Below, one piece after another: positions 40,954-51,893 of a stretch of 64,000 nucleotides of DNA. Position numbers and translations under genes: made by a program. Below the pieces are notes generated by a model. That model had not been told where the DNA came from. It ran no database searches and worked only from the letters and a program-made list of their open reading frames with translations. This DNA is from Pelagomonas calceolata (Eukaryota): the NCBI GenBank assembly GCA_918797485.1, contig CAKKNE010000006.1, positions 1,364,001 through 1,428,000 of the forward strand, in the 5' to 3' direction. Each line of letters starts with the position of its first letter. The first letter of the stretch is position 1.

Positions 40954-43196
40954 ATGGCGCAGACCCAGCACCTCCCCGCCTTACTGGGCAGCGTGGGCCT
41001 CGGACACCTCGCGCCGCGCCTGACGCAAAATGAAATCGACTGGGAAACAGCAAGGCTCATGAAGTCGAGCGACCTCGCCGACGTCGGCATGACCTCCCAA
41101 GAGGCGGCGCTCTTCCGCGCGGCCGTGGCGCGGTCGCTCGGCCTGTTCACGCGCGTGAACTCGAGCAACATGATCACACCTCTGGGTCAGAGCGAACCGG
41201 TCAAGATGAGCACCTTCGCGCGGGGCGTGAAAGGCGTCGACCCCGGCGCTTTGGTGTCCTACGTGACGACGCGCCTGGGCGAGGCTTCCGATGTCAGACC
41301 ATTGGCGAAGGTCGCTCCGCCCGTCAAGGAAGAAGGAGGTCGGTGGCGCCGCGGCGTGACGCTCGCGCCCGAAGCTCCAGCACCTGTACAAAAGAAGGCC
41401 GTGCCTCCTCCAATCCCGAACGCCTGGGGCCTCCTGCCCAAGCCCGCCGAGCCGGCGCCGGCGCCGCCGGCGAACGCCTGGGCCGCGCCGCCGGGCCTCC
41501 AGCCGGCGCCTCCCGAGCCGCCGAAGGCCAACGCCTGGGCCGCCGGCGCGCCTTTATCCGCGAGGACCACCGGCGCGAGCGCCGGCGCGCCGCTTGTCCA
41601 CAAGGACAGTACGAGCTCCTCGGAATCCATCAAGTTCGTCGGGTCCGTGCCTCCACCCAAACGAGAAACGGCCGACGAGCGCGCCCAGACGGCCATGATG
41701 GTCGCGCTCCGAGCGTGGGTCGCGAAGCAGCCCCAGAAGAAGCAATTGATGTCCGAGGTCCACCACTTCTGGACGGCCCACCCCGAATTGACGAAGCCTA
41801 GGGAGCGCATGACCAAAGTGGTAGAGAGGCACGCACCAACCCATGGCATGAAGTTCCGCAAACTGCCGGCGCCGGACGGCGGCGTGCTGGAGCTCGACGC
41901 CCCCAAACCTATTGTACAGAACGCGTGGACGGCGCCGCCCCAGAAGGCGCCGGCGCCGATCGCCGCGCCGGAAATCCAGCTGAACATGGGCCGGTCGCCC
42001 GTGTTAGCCGCGGCGGCGCCGGCGCCCATGCCCTGGAACCCCTTGTTGGACGCCGTGGTCGGCGAGGCGCCGGCGCGGTCTGTGGTCGGGTTCGTGCCGG
42101 AGAGACTCGGCTCCTCCGCTTTGAACGGGGACGGGCACGAACGACTCGGCCCGTCGGCGCCTGTGTGAAAATCAAATTTCAGGCGCCCCACGCCATCGAC
42201 GCGACGCGTCTGCTCGATGGCGTAGAGCTTCTACGCCGTCGACGCGATGCCGTAACCTCGCTCACTGGTTGATTCCCACTCAGGTCGGCGCTGAACGGCG
42301 ACCGCCTGGCCTTCGAGCAGTCAGCAAAAAATGAGGAGGCGTCCCAGGCCTTGATTCAGAAGTTGCTTGCTGATGATAGAGCTACTCTACAAAGACCACC
42401 ACCCGCGCGCAAGCCGCGGCCGAAGCCGCGGCGGACCGCCGGCTCCGCGTTCGATCCGCCGCCCACCGTCGAGTCGGCGAGACGTAGGGTCGACGCCTTC
42501 CTCCTGAAGCACCCCAAAGTTGATAAAAGGGGCACGGCGGCCCTTCGGAGGTTGGAGCCGCGAAAACAGATTAGACTTGTACGTAGATTGGAAGCGGACC
42601 AGCACAAGTCCGAGGTCGACGGCGTGTTGGTGCTAGCTTCCATCAAGGACAACAACAACTTCGCCGCCACGGCTTCTGAGTTGCAGAAGCTTACGGATAG
42701 TCTGAGACCCGTCGCGGACCGCCTCGCTTTGTCTTCAGACGCCGTCGCGAAGCTCTCCACACTAAGTAGAGAGGACCAGTCCAAGGTCGCGACGCGCTTC
42801 GAGGAGCCGGGCTACTTGGATGATCTGCGGAACGTGGAAGGCTTCGTCAAATGCTGCTTCCACGATCGAGGCGACCCCCTCAGAAGGTTACTGAGAGGTA
42901 GACCGATGGAGCCGCTCCTCGTAAAAGCGGTCCAGGAGTTGGACCTGGCTCCTGATTGTATTGCGGCTCTCAGAAAGCTGGCTCTCCGCAAGCAGAAGGA
43001 CGCCGCGGCCGCGATTACATCTCTTGAGACGTGTGTCACGTCGTCCACGCTCTTGGCCGCTTTGGAAGACGGTTCTTTGTTGAGCGGCGCCCTGAAGGAG
43101 CGCCTGCAGCGCGCTTCGCAAAGCAAGTGGGCGCGGCCGGACAGCGTCGTCTCGTCGACGTCGTCGTCGGAGCTGTCCGCGCTCGGCGCCTGGTAG
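40954..43196 (+). CDS. SAM + LOTUS-like + hnRNP-Q acidic (NURR)-like repeat protein; exons 40954-42152 and 42284-43196, ~703 aa
   Basis: SAM: LLGSVGLGHL...NEIDWE...DLADVGM. NAW repeats. The C-terminal half is homologous to the gene at 1-2307. Intron removal joins the two ORFs in frame. Confidence 0.8.
42153..42283 (+). mobile_element. Introner element (131-bp intron with TIRs and a perfect 8-bp TSD)
   Basis: TSD GTCGGCGC at 42153-42160 and 42284-42291. TIRs CTGTGTGAAAATCAA and TTGATTCCCACTCAG (12/15). Confidence 0.92.
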
Positions 43197-43336
43197 CTTC
43201 GTATCCTCTCATCCTGTCTGCATAAGAAGTCTCCCATACTTTCCTCTTCTTTCGCGGCGCCCAGTCGTATTGGCATTCGGCGCGCGGAATTCAGCGCCGG
43301 GCGCCGCCCCCCCGAGCCCGGCGTAGATTGCGGAAG

Positions 43337-43750
43337 ATGGGCGACGTCAGCGACCGGTTGGAGGTCAAGGTCGTCGCCGCGCGGGGGCTCGGCGAGGTCG
43401 AGGGCGGCGACTGCAACCCGTTCGCGCTGGTGCGGTGCGGCGCCGAGGAGGAGCGGACGGCCGTCGCCTCGGCGACGTCGTCGGCGCCCGAGTGGAACGC
43501 GAGCACGATGATATTCACGGACGTCGCCGACGCGGCGGACGACGTCGTCGTCGCCGTCATGCACAAGGCCCTGTCGGCGGCGCGGGACAAGGCGCTGGGC
43601 CGCGCCGTGATCATCCTGCGGACGTGCTTCCAGGCCGTCGCCGTCGAGCAGGACGACTGGTTCCCGCTCGAGGACGCGGACGGCCGGGCCTGCGGCGAGG
43701 TCCGGCTCGAGCTGGCGTACTTCGTGGACGCGGACGACGACTTCACGGAC
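43337..43750 (+). pseudogene. Orphan C2-domain coding fragment
   Basis: LEVKVVAARGL..DCNPFALVRC..PEWN..LGRAVI..DWFPL..GEVRLEL. The frame has no nearby stop and runs antisense into the NOC3-like gene until 44581. Confidence 0.6.
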
Positions 43751-43818
43751 TCACGGTCGCCCAATGGCGCTAGTAATCAAACAACAATTACTCCAGCAGA
43801 CGCCGTCGACGCGGGCGC

Positions 43819-45447
43819 CTACCGCCGCTTCTTCTTCCGCGGCGGCTGTCTAGATACCGGCTCCGGCACGAGCCGCGCGTCCAGCAACTTTCGAGGATCG
43901 TCGCAAGCGCCCGGCCGCGTGCCCGCCAGCATGGCCCGAGCCTGGGCCGCGACCCGCGCGTCGACGTGGCGCGCCAACAACAGCAGCTCCCAGGCCGGCG
44001 CGCCGAGCGCGCTCGCCTGTTCTGCGGACGCCGCCGCGGCGTTATACGAAGCGCCCGCACTGTGGGGCCCGCGCGCCTCGTCGTCCTCGAGGAGGCATTC
44101 CAGGATGGGATCCCTCTTCATAATGTTCCGGGCCGCCGCGACGAAGGCGGCGCCGTTGTATCTGTGTAAAGCTAGGAGTAGGGCGCGCCTTAGTACTGCG
44201 GCCGCCCTTCTCGTCTCGAGGCGCGACCTTTCTACCGCGGTCCTCAGAACGCATTCCAGCGCTTGTGAGTCCACACTTCCATCGACACATGCTTGTAATA
44301 AAGCGCGAAACACGCCATCGACGAACGCGCCGTCGTCGTCCAACTCCAACGCACTCCGCGAGACGTCAGCTAATACGAGAGCGGCGTCGGCGCAACACAA
44401 GGCCGTCTCGGGCTCGCACTGGTCGTCTCGAGCGATGCCTCGTATCTGGTTCAAACATGCGTCGACGACGTCCGCGTTCGCCGCTGGTGCTAATTTTTTA
44501 AGCCCACGCAACGCCGACGGCAACAGAACCCGTCTCGTACGAGCGTCGCCTCGGTACGCCGCCTGCACGACCCGCCCGTAGATCAGCCCGAGCTCATGCA
44601 CTAGAGAGCGAGCGTTCCGCCTCGTCTCCTCGGCATCGACGCGCGCGGCCGTTTCCTTCATGTCTTTGGCCGCCTGGATCTCGTCGTCGCGCGCTTTCCT
44701 CGTCTTCGTCTTGACCTTCTTCGCGGCTTTTTGAGGTTGTTTTTTGGTCGCGAGCTTCCTCAGGCGATTTTTCTCGAGAAAAGCTTCGTCGTCGAGAGCT
44801 GCGGGCGCTGCCAAGTCGGCTAACAGGTCGAGAGCATCACATCTTCTAAGACCGCCCTTCCTATCGCGTAACAAGCCATGGATCGCCTTCGCGACGCTTA
44901 GTGACGCGGCACCGCTCCGGTCATCTGATATGGCCCTTCGCAAGGACTTGAGCGCTGATTCCCTCACTACCTCATCAGCGTGATCTAGACCAGGTGCGGC
45001 CACCCTCAAAACATCCTCGGACAGGTTAAAGGAAGGTCTTCGAGCATACAACTCCCCGCAACACCTCATAGCAACAGCCACTAATGATGCATCCGTATCT
45101 TTATTCTTAGCGGCTTTGCTCAAAGACGAGACGAACACGCCGTAGGCCTTGACGAGCCACTCCTCCTTGAGCCGGAGTTTCTGCGTCTCGCGCGTCTGGG
45201 TCTGGTCCCTTTCTTTTGCGGAGGCTATGCGTACCCGATACGCGGGCAAGACGTCGAGAAAAACGGCGCACTGCGAGAGCCAGGCCCTCGCCTTTCTCGT
45301 CGTGGACGTGGCGCCGTCGGCCATCGCTTGCAACTGCTTGATCAGAGGTTCCTCGTGGTCCTGCTTCACGAGCGCTGCATCCGGATCACTTGTTATTGAT
45401 TCACATAGTACCGCTAGTTGGCCGAGCCACTTCTGGTCGCTCGGCAT
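43819..45447 (-). CDS. NOC3: Nucleolar complex protein 3-like (NOC3; CBF/Mak21 domain)
   Basis: VFLDVLPAYRVR, ETQKLR..E..LVKAY, PSFNL, ALRGLKKLAPAAN, WELLLLARH. Confidence 0.75.
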   Translation of the reverse strand: MPSDQKWLGQLAVLCESITSDPDAALVKQDHEEPLIKQLQAMADGATSTTRKARAWLSQCAVFLDVLPAYRVRIASAKERDQTQTRETQKLRLKEEWLVKAYGVFVSSLSKAAKNKDTDASLVAVAMRCCGELYARRPSFNLSEDVLRVAAPGLDHADEVVRESALKSLRRAISDDRSGAASLSVAKAIHGLLRDRKGGLRRCDALDLLADLAAPAALDDEAFLEKNRLRKLATKKQPQKAAKKVKTKTRKARDDEIQAAKDMKETAARVDAEETRRNARSLVHELGLIYGRVVQAAYRGDARTRRVLLPSALRGLKKLAPAANADVVDACLNQIRGIARDDQCEPETALCCADAALVLADVSRSALELDDDGAFVDGVFRALLQACVDGSVDSQALECVLRTAVERSRLETRRAAAVLRRALLLALHRYNGAAFVAAARNIMKRDPILECLLEDDEARGPHSAGASYNAAAASAEQASALGAPAWELLLLARHVDARVAAQARAMLAGTRPGACDDPRKLLDARLVPEPVSRQPPRKKKRR

Positions 45448-45608
45448 GGCTGCAATGCAAGGCTGTGCGGCGATGACGGCCAATGCGTGAGACCACGGCG
45501 CGTGTTTTGCTAGCGTTCGCTGCGGCGCAGCCGCTCGAGTATTTAAACGCCGCAAAGCACCCGAGCGGCACCGATGCGCCTCGGGCGACGACACAGCGGC
45601 AAGTGCAG

Positions 45609-45629
45609 CTAGCGCGATTGACACACTAG
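45609..45629 (-). promoter_or_regulatory. Degenerate CTAG...CTAG intergenic motif
   Basis: CTAGCGCGATTGACACACTAG between divergent genes. Confidence 0.45.
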
Positions 45630-45742
45630 CTTTTGCGTGATGAGGAGCGTATCCTCTTCCATAGATCGCAGGGTGCTGCTGAGAGCCAGCGACGATTGCT
45701 GCGGACCTAAACCGTGCGTCGCCGCGCGGCATCGCTTGAACC

Positions 45743-48340
45743 ATGCACTTGCGACTGCTCTACATCGTGGCAACAGCAGCCGCTCTCGTCGCGCCGCCGC
45801 AGCGGTCGCGCTTGCCGCGCACCGTGACTTACGGCTTGCGCGATCGTCTATCGGGTGCATTCCCTAGGACCACAAAAGTCGCGAAACGGCTCGGCAACGC
45901 ATTTAAACGAAACCGTGACGAGGACGACGCGGCCGCGGTCGCCGCGGCTGCCGCTGCGGCCGCCGAAGCGGCGCGCGAGGAGGAAGAACGACTCGCCTCC
46001 GAGGCGGCAGAACTCGCGGCGGCCGAGCAGCGCGCGGCGGCCGCTGCCGCGGAGGAGGCGCGGGCCGTGGCCGAGCGCGATGCAGCAAGGGCGGCGAGTG
46101 AGGCCGCCGCCGACCAGCTCGCAGAAGCGGCAGCTGCGACGAAGGTCGAGGTGGTCATCGAGCCAGATACCGCACCTGCACCGCCGGTCGAGGAGGGGCC
46201 CTCAGTCGCTGACCTTGCGGCCGCCGCCGAGCGTGAGGCCGCGGCATTGGTTGAAGAGGTGAAGGCTATTGCCGACGAGGCCGAGGCGGCGGCGGCGCGC
46301 GCGGCCGAGGAAGACGCGGCGGCGGAGGCGGAGGCGGCGCGCGCGGCGGCTGAGAAGCGCGCCGCAGCGGACCGCGAGCAGGCCGAGGCCGAGGAACGGC
46401 GCCTTGCTGAGGAACAGGCGGAACGGGATCGCGTCGCCGCGGAGCAAGCCGAGGCCGACCGCGTCGCAGCGGAGGCGGACGCGGCGGCGCGGAAAGCCGA
46501 GCAGGAGGCCGAGACGGCACGGCTCGAGGCCGAACGGCTGGAAGTGGAACGGCTCGATGCCGAGCGCGTCGCGGCGGAGGAGGCCGAGGCCTCGCGCATC
46601 GCTCAGGAGGAAGCGGAAGCGGCGCGGCGCGAAGCCGTCGAGGCGGAGCAGCGTGCCGAAGCCGAGCGCCGCGCCGAGCAGGAGCGGGCCGAAGAAGCCG
46701 AAGCCGCGGTGGCGCGGGAACGCGCCGAGGAGGAGAAACGGCAAGCGGAGGCGGCCGCCGCAGAACGGGAGCGCCGGGAACTCGAGGAGAAGAAAGCCGC
46801 CGAGGCGCAGCAGCGCGCCGAGACCGAGGCCCGCGTGGCCGCGGAACAGGCGGACCGGGAGCGCGGCGAACGCGAAGCGGCCGAGGAGGCAAAGCGCGTG
46901 GCCGCCGAGGAGGAGGCACGCCTCGCCGCCGAAGCGAAGGCCGAAGAGGAACGTCTGAAGGCCGAAAAGGCCGAGGCCGAACGGTTAGAACAGGAGAGGA
47001 TCGCCGCCGAGCGCGCGGAGGCCGAACGACTCGCTGCGGAAGAGGCCGAGCGGGCGCGCCTCGAGGCCGAGGCCGAGGCGAAGGCGCAAGCCGAGGAGGC
47101 GGCCAAAACGATGACCGCCGCCGACAAGATGCGGGCCGCCGGCGAGGCACGGCGCGCCGCGGCCGAGGCCGAACGCGCGCGCAACGCCGAGGCGCTCGCG
47201 GCGGCGGAGGCGGCGCTGGCGCGGACCGCCGAAGCCCTCAAAAAGGAGGCTGCACCGGCGCCCGCGCCCGCGCCCGCGCCCGCGCCGCTCGTGAAGAAAC
47301 AGGACGATTCGCTCGCGGCGAAGGCGCTCGGCGCGTTTAGCGGCGCGTTTGGCAAGGCACTAGCGCCGGTCGCGGACGCCGCAGGCCAGGTGGCGTCGCA
47401 GGCCGCCGCGGCGGCCGGCGACGCCCTCAAGGAGAAGTTCGACGAAGCGCAACGGGAAGCCGAGGCGCGCCGCGCCGTCGAAGCGGCCGCGGCGGAAGAG
47501 CGGCGCAAGGCCCAGCGGGCCGCGGACAAGAAAGCCAACGAGGCGAAACGCGCCGCCAAACGCGAGGCCGACAAGCGGCGACGCGAGGAGGAACGCGTCG
47601 CGCGACGCGAGGCGGAAAAGCAAAGACGAGAGAAGGAACGCGCGGCCGAAAGGGAGGCCCAACGCATAGTGGCCGCCGAGAAAGCTCGAATGGCGCGCGA
47701 GGCCGCGGTAAAGGAGGCTGCCGACGCGGCGGCGGCGGCAGCCGCAGATGTCGCCAAGGGCGCCGCCGACGCGGCCGCGGGCGTTGTTGTCAACGCCGCG
47801 GATGCCGCGGTGAGCGGCGCCGCGCGGTCGGTGAAGTCGACGGTCGACGGCGTGACCGGAAAGATCGTCGAAGAAGCGGTGGCAAAGCCGGCCCGCGCCG
47901 CCGCGGAATTGCCCGGAAAATTGGCCTCCAAAGCTGCCGGCGCCGTCGCCGACGGGGCGAAAGGGGCCGCGGCCGCCACGGGCCAGGCGGCCGCCGACGC
48001 GGCGAAGGGGGCCGCTGCCGCGGCTCAAGGTGCCGCCGTCGGCGCTGCGTCTGCGGCTGGCCGCGCCGCTGCGGATGCCGCGAAGAACGCGGCGACAGGC
48101 CTCCTCGACGCGCTCAACCCCTTCAAAAAGGGCTCCGCCGACGCGCTTTCGAAGACCGCCGCGCCGCCGCCGCCGAAAAAGGCCGGCCCGAAGCCCGTGT
48201 CGCGCGAGGACACGGCGAAGGTCAAGGAGCGGTGCATGGCGAAGGTATTGATCCTCGTCGACCAGGGCGTGATCACCTCGGGTCAGGTAGAAAAATACTA
48301 CGAGGAGATGGTCGAGGACGAATTGAGTAAGCTCCGATGA
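45743..48340 (+). CDS. Signal/plastid-presequence Ala/Glu/Arg-rich coiled-coil protein
   Basis: 865-aa ORF with N-terminus [18 protein letters not shown] and long EAER-type low-complexity helices. Confidence 0.75.
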   Translation: MHLRLLYIVATAAALVAPPQRSRLPRTVTYGLRDRLSGAFPRTTKVAKRLGNAFKRNRDEDDAAAVAAAAAAAAEAAREEEERLASEAAELAAAEQRAAAAAAEEARAVAERDAARAASEAAADQLAEAAAATKVEVVIEPDTAPAPPVEEGPSVADLAAAAEREAAALVEEVKAIADEAEAAAARAAEEDAAAEAEAARAAAEKRAAADREQAEAEERRLAEEQAERDRVAAEQAEADRVAAEADAAARKAEQEAETARLEAERLEVERLDAERVAAEEAEASRIAQEEAEAARREAVEAEQRAEAERRAEQERAEEAEAAVARERAEEEKRQAEAAAAERERRELEEKKAAEAQQRAETEARVAAEQADRERGEREAAEEAKRVAAEEEARLAAEAKAEEERLKAEKAEAERLEQERIAAERAEAERLAAEEAERARLEAEAEAKAQAEEAAKTMTAADKMRAAGEARRAAAEAERARNAEALAAAEAALARTAEALKKEAAPAPAPAPAPAPLVKKQDDSLAAKALGAFSGAFGKALAPVADAAGQVASQAAAAAGDALKEKFDEAQREAEARRAVEAAAAEERRKAQRAADKKANEAKRAAKREADKRRREEERVARREAEKQRREKERAAEREAQRIVAAEKARMAREAAVKEAADAAAAAAADVAKGAADAAAGVVVNAADAAVSGAARSVKSTVDGVTGKIVEEAVAKPARAAAELPGKLASKAAGAVADGAKGAAAATGQAAADAAKGAAAAAQGAAVGAASAAGRAAADAAKNAATGLLDALNPFKKGSADALSKTAAPPPPKKAGPKPVSREDTAKVKERCMAKVLILVDQGVITSGQVEKYYEEMVEDELSKLR

Positions 48341-48351
48341 TGTGAATTTTT

Positions 48352-49002
48352 TTAGGTGCCCGCGCGCCGCCGCAGCTCCTCCACCGGCGGCGCGGGCTCG
48401 GGAATAGGGAGCCCGGGAAGCAACACCCCGAGCAGGATCTGCCAGCCCGGGATCGAGAACGCGTCCTCCTGGAAGACGACGAGCCCGTCGCGCACGCGAA
48501 ACGTCGTGTGCACCACATAAGGTTTGATGGTGGCGCCGGGCCCGACGCGCACGGAACCCGAGAGGCGCCAGTCGACGGCGATCTCCTCGCCGCGGGGCGC
48601 GCAGGCGATGACCTCGCAGCGCGCGTCCTCGCCGAATAATCGCGCGACGCCCTCGGCGTAGTTCTGAATGCCCGTCAATGAGACGTCCGGGTCCTCGAAT
48701 TTGAAATCATCGCTGAAGTATTCCGGGAGCACTTTCCCAGTCACGAACCACTCGCGCTCCCGCAGGCCGCGGTCGAGCGCGCCCACCAGCTCGCCGAGGG
48801 GCAGCGGCGTTTTCGGTTGATCCCAATCCACGCCGAGCTCAATCGGCGCCTGTTTTGGGATGAACCGCCCGAGAAATTCTGTCACGGGATTCACGTAATC
48901 TTCCTCTCCGCCCGCGTTTATGACGCGTGCGACGCTGCGTCTTGTGGGCACCAGGCCTGCAGCGCCCGACGCGGCAAGCAGCGCTGCAATGGCTCGCAGC
49001 AT
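48352..49002 (-). CDS. SnoaL/NTF2-like (DUF2358-like) plastid protein
   Basis: WFVTG...YFSDDFKFEDPDVSLTGIQNY...VDWRLSG; signal peptide. Confidence 0.75.
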   Translation of the reverse strand: MLRAIAALLAASGAAGLVPTRRSVARVINAGGEEDYVNPVTEFLGRFIPKQAPIELGVDWDQPKTPLPLGELVGALDRGLREREWFVTGKVLPEYFSDDFKFEDPDVSLTGIQNYAEGVARLFGEDARCEVIACAPRGEEIAVDWRLSGSVRVGPGATIKPYVVHTTFRVRDGLVVFQEDAFSIPGWQILLGVLLPGLPIPEPAPPVEELRRRAGT

Positions 49003-49218
49003 TCTGAACAGCACCGATGTATGAGTGCACAAACCAAGCGCAACGGCGAAAACACAGCAGTTATGGTGAATATTTGCAGCAATATACGAGGCATGAAAAA
49101 CCCGATTTGATTGCGTCCGCGACGCATCCCATGGGATGCGCGCGCGCATTGGCGTACGCCGCAACGCCGCCGCCGCCGTCGTCGACGCAAGTTTAGGGAA
49201 CACCGACTTACCCCAGAA

Positions 49219-49935
49219 CTAATAGCCCGGCTGCGCCGCCGGCGGCTTCTGGAGCCCGTCCTCGAACGTGGGCGCCGCCGGCGCGGGCGCCTCCTCCTTC
49301 GGCTCTAAAATAGTGACCACGTCCGCGAGGGGCTCCTTGGGCCCCGTCTTGCCCGTCGCGTCGTGGGGCAGCATGATCGACACCTTGACGCCGAGGACGC
49401 CCTGGCGCATCAGCACGTGTCGCACCGCGGCGTCGATGTACGCGCGCTTCGAGTGGCCCGTCTTGATCATGTAGCCGTCCGTGAACTTCATGGCCTTGGC
49501 GCGCTGCGCTCGCAGCTTGCCCGAGACGACGACCTCGACGCCCTTCGCGCCGCTCTCCATCACGAACCGCACGACGCCGTAGCACGCCCGCCGTACCGCC
49601 AAACCGCCCAGTAATTTGTACTTCAAAGACTCGGCCTGGGCTTGCGAGCACAACCCTCGGTTCGCCACGCGCTCGGCGTACAATTCGACGGCGCCGTCCT
49701 GGAAGTGGAACCGCTTCTGGACCACGCTCGTGAGTTCGCGGATGCGCTGGCCCTTCTCGCCGAGCACATTTTGCGTGCGCGTCGCGCGGATGATGACCTC
49801 CGTGCGCAGCGGCGTCACTCTAACTTCCACGCCCGCGTAGCCGTCCTCCGCGAGCTCGCGCGTCAGGAGCTCGTTGAGCTCGGCATAGAATAAGCCGTCG
49901 GCCACGAACTTGCGCTTCTTCGAGATCTGGGACAT
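49219..49935 (-). CDS. RPS3: 40S ribosomal protein S3 (uS3)
   Basis: [42 protein letters not shown]. Confidence 0.98.
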   Translation of the reverse strand: MSQISKKRKFVADGLFYAELNELLTRELAEDGYAGVEVRVTPLRTEVIIRATRTQNVLGEKGQRIRELTSVVQKRFHFQDGAVELYAERVANRGLCSQAQAESLKYKLLGGLAVRRACYGVVRFVMESGAKGVEVVVSGKLRAQRAKAMKFTDGYMIKTGHSKRAYIDAAVRHVLMRQGVLGVKVSIMLPHDATGKTGPKEPLADVVTILEPKEEAPAPAAPTFEDGLQKPPAAQPGY

Positions 49936-50361
49936 TTTGCCTGCGGGCGGTGAGCGGCGGTCGCGCGCGGGGGCCTCTTTCTCTCTACAACATCGCTCTT
50001 GTTCGCTGCTGCGTCGATGGCGTCCGCTTGCGCCCTAGTTTTGAGCGCACCGCTGCCGCGGCGGCGTCGCAGAGCCGGCTCGAGCGGTGCTGCCTCGCCG
50101 CTGCTGCGTGCTCGCTCCGCGTCGCGGTGCCTCGACGCTTTGCGAGACGCTTCCGAGGGGGCTCCTGGGTCCTGTGACGGGACGCCGGCACGCACCGGCT
50201 GTCAGCTGTCGCGTGAGACGGCAATCAAAGCTTATCTCCGATTTTGTTGAGCGACGGCCGCGGGTTTTGGAAAGATTTTTGCGCCGGCGTGTAGCGCCAA
50301 GCAGCCCTCAGAAACACCTCGAGGACGGATAGGCCCGCTTACGGACAGCTGGGCGGGATTA

Positions 50362-50382
50362 CTAGTGTCTTACAAACGCTAG
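50362..50382 (+). promoter_or_regulatory. CTAG...CTAG intergenic motif
   Basis: CTAGTGTCTTACAAACGCTAG between the divergent RPS3 and WD40 genes. Confidence 0.6.
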
Positions 50383-50545
50383 GTACACAAACTCGCGGTC
50401 GACCACAAGCCGCGCTATCTCCACGTTGGCAAGCGTTCGCGACGTCTGGGGACTCTCCACGAGCCACCTCGCCAGCCGCCGCAACGCCTTGCGCTTCGCC
50501 GCCGCACTAGCAGCACGCAAAAGCGACAGCACAAGCAAAGACAAA

Positions 50546-51622
50546 ATGGCCATGCTCTACTCGGAACGAGAAATCAAAGAGGCCCACGAGTCGGGCATCT
50601 GGAGTGTAGCTTGGACGGCTAGAGATGAAATCATCACCGCGTCGAATGACGAGACGTGCGCGATCTGGGACGCTAGTACTGGAGCCCAAAAGCACGTCCT
50701 GAGGGGCTGCGGCGGCGGCGCCGTGTCCGTCGTGAGCGATAGGACTGGGAACACCATCTGCAGTTCGTCTGTCGACTGCCACGTGAAAGTGTGGGACGCG
50801 GCATCTGGTGAATGCCGAGGCACCATAAACACGGGAAAAATTGACGGCCAGGTCGACGCGTGGACGCTGTGTTCCGATGGGGACCAGGAGCTTGTGTCGG
50901 GTTCGAATCGAGGCGCCGTCAACTGCTGGGATTTATCAACCCTACAAAAAACTGCATCACATACCATAGTAGAGGACGACAAATTCGTCCTGTCTGTTGG
51001 GAGACACGAAAACACGATCGCGGCGGCGACCTACGACGGCCAGCTTTGTATTGTAGATAGGAGAAGCGGCTCGGTCACGAAGTTCGAGCAGGACGGACGG
51101 GAGGACCCGGTCCGATCCCTATGTTTCGTGCGGGACGGCCATGGCGTGCTGTTTGCGGACGACGGCGGCACGGTGCGCTACTACGATAGGAGAGTCGACG
51201 CGAAGCCTTCCTACATATTCTACGTGAACCAGAGCTGGTGCATGACGGTCCGGGCGTCTCCTGATGGTACACATTTTTGTACGGCTGGAGCGGATAGACT
51301 CGTCAAGTTCTGGGATCTGAACATGAAGAACGAGATCGCGCGTATTGATGGTCATACTGATCAGATCTGGGAGGTCGCCTACAGTCCGGACGGCTCGCAA
51401 CTCGCGAGTTGTTCGGACGATTGCCGGGTCCGCTTCCACGACAAAGAACGCGCCGACATTGAGTTAAAACGCGACGCCGAGGAGGCCGCCGCGGCCCGAC
51501 AGGCGCACCAGGCCGCGCCGGCGCCGGCAGAAGGATTAGACGGCGCCGACGTGTCGTCGTTGCCGCCGGCGCCTCCATCGAGCTTCCTGCGCGAGGCGGC
51601 GAAGTGGGCGACGGTCGAGTAG
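50546..51622 (+). CDS. WD40 repeat protein, WDR61/Ski8-like
   Basis: About 7 WD repeats; EAHESGIWSVAW, VDAWT, and HTDQIWEVAYSPDG. Confidence 0.8.
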   Translation: MAMLYSEREIKEAHESGIWSVAWTARDEIITASNDETCAIWDASTGAQKHVLRGCGGGAVSVVSDRTGNTICSSSVDCHVKVWDAASGECRGTINTGKIDGQVDAWTLCSDGDQELVSGSNRGAVNCWDLSTLQKTASHTIVEDDKFVLSVGRHENTIAAATYDGQLCIVDRRSGSVTKFEQDGREDPVRSLCFVRDGHGVLFADDGGTVRYYDRRVDAKPSYIFYVNQSWCMTVRASPDGTHFCTAGADRLVKFWDLNMKNEIARIDGHTDQIWEVAYSPDGSQLASCSDDCRVRFHDKERADIELKRDAEEAAAARQAHQAAPAPAEGLDGADVSSLPPAPPSSFLREAAKWATVE

Positions 51623-51893
51623 GGCTTCCTTTTAGTTAGTTGGGGAACTACGGGGGCGCTGCGATGGCGTCTCGGGAGTGCGTCTCGGGTCGCGGCGATG
51701 GCGCATGGGTGGCACCCGGTGCCATCGACGCGACCCGCCGTCGGCCCGTCGAAGCGAAGTCTCGCCGAAGCGAGAACGAAAGATCACCGCAAACTTTTGA
51801 AAAAACACGATAGAGTCCGAGTCGACGAAGTGGGCGACGGTCGAGTTGGTATTCTTAAAATTTACGGGGGCGATATGGGGGTCCACGTGCCGC

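Noticed and set aside
45829..48028. Long Ala/Ser/Arg-rich minus-strand ORFs
   Set aside because: Shadows of the low-complexity coiled-coil gene, expected in high-GC coding DNA.
49123..49140. Perfect 18-bp palindrome CGCATCCCATGGGATGCG
   Set aside because: Single occurrence with no associated structure, so no function can be supported.
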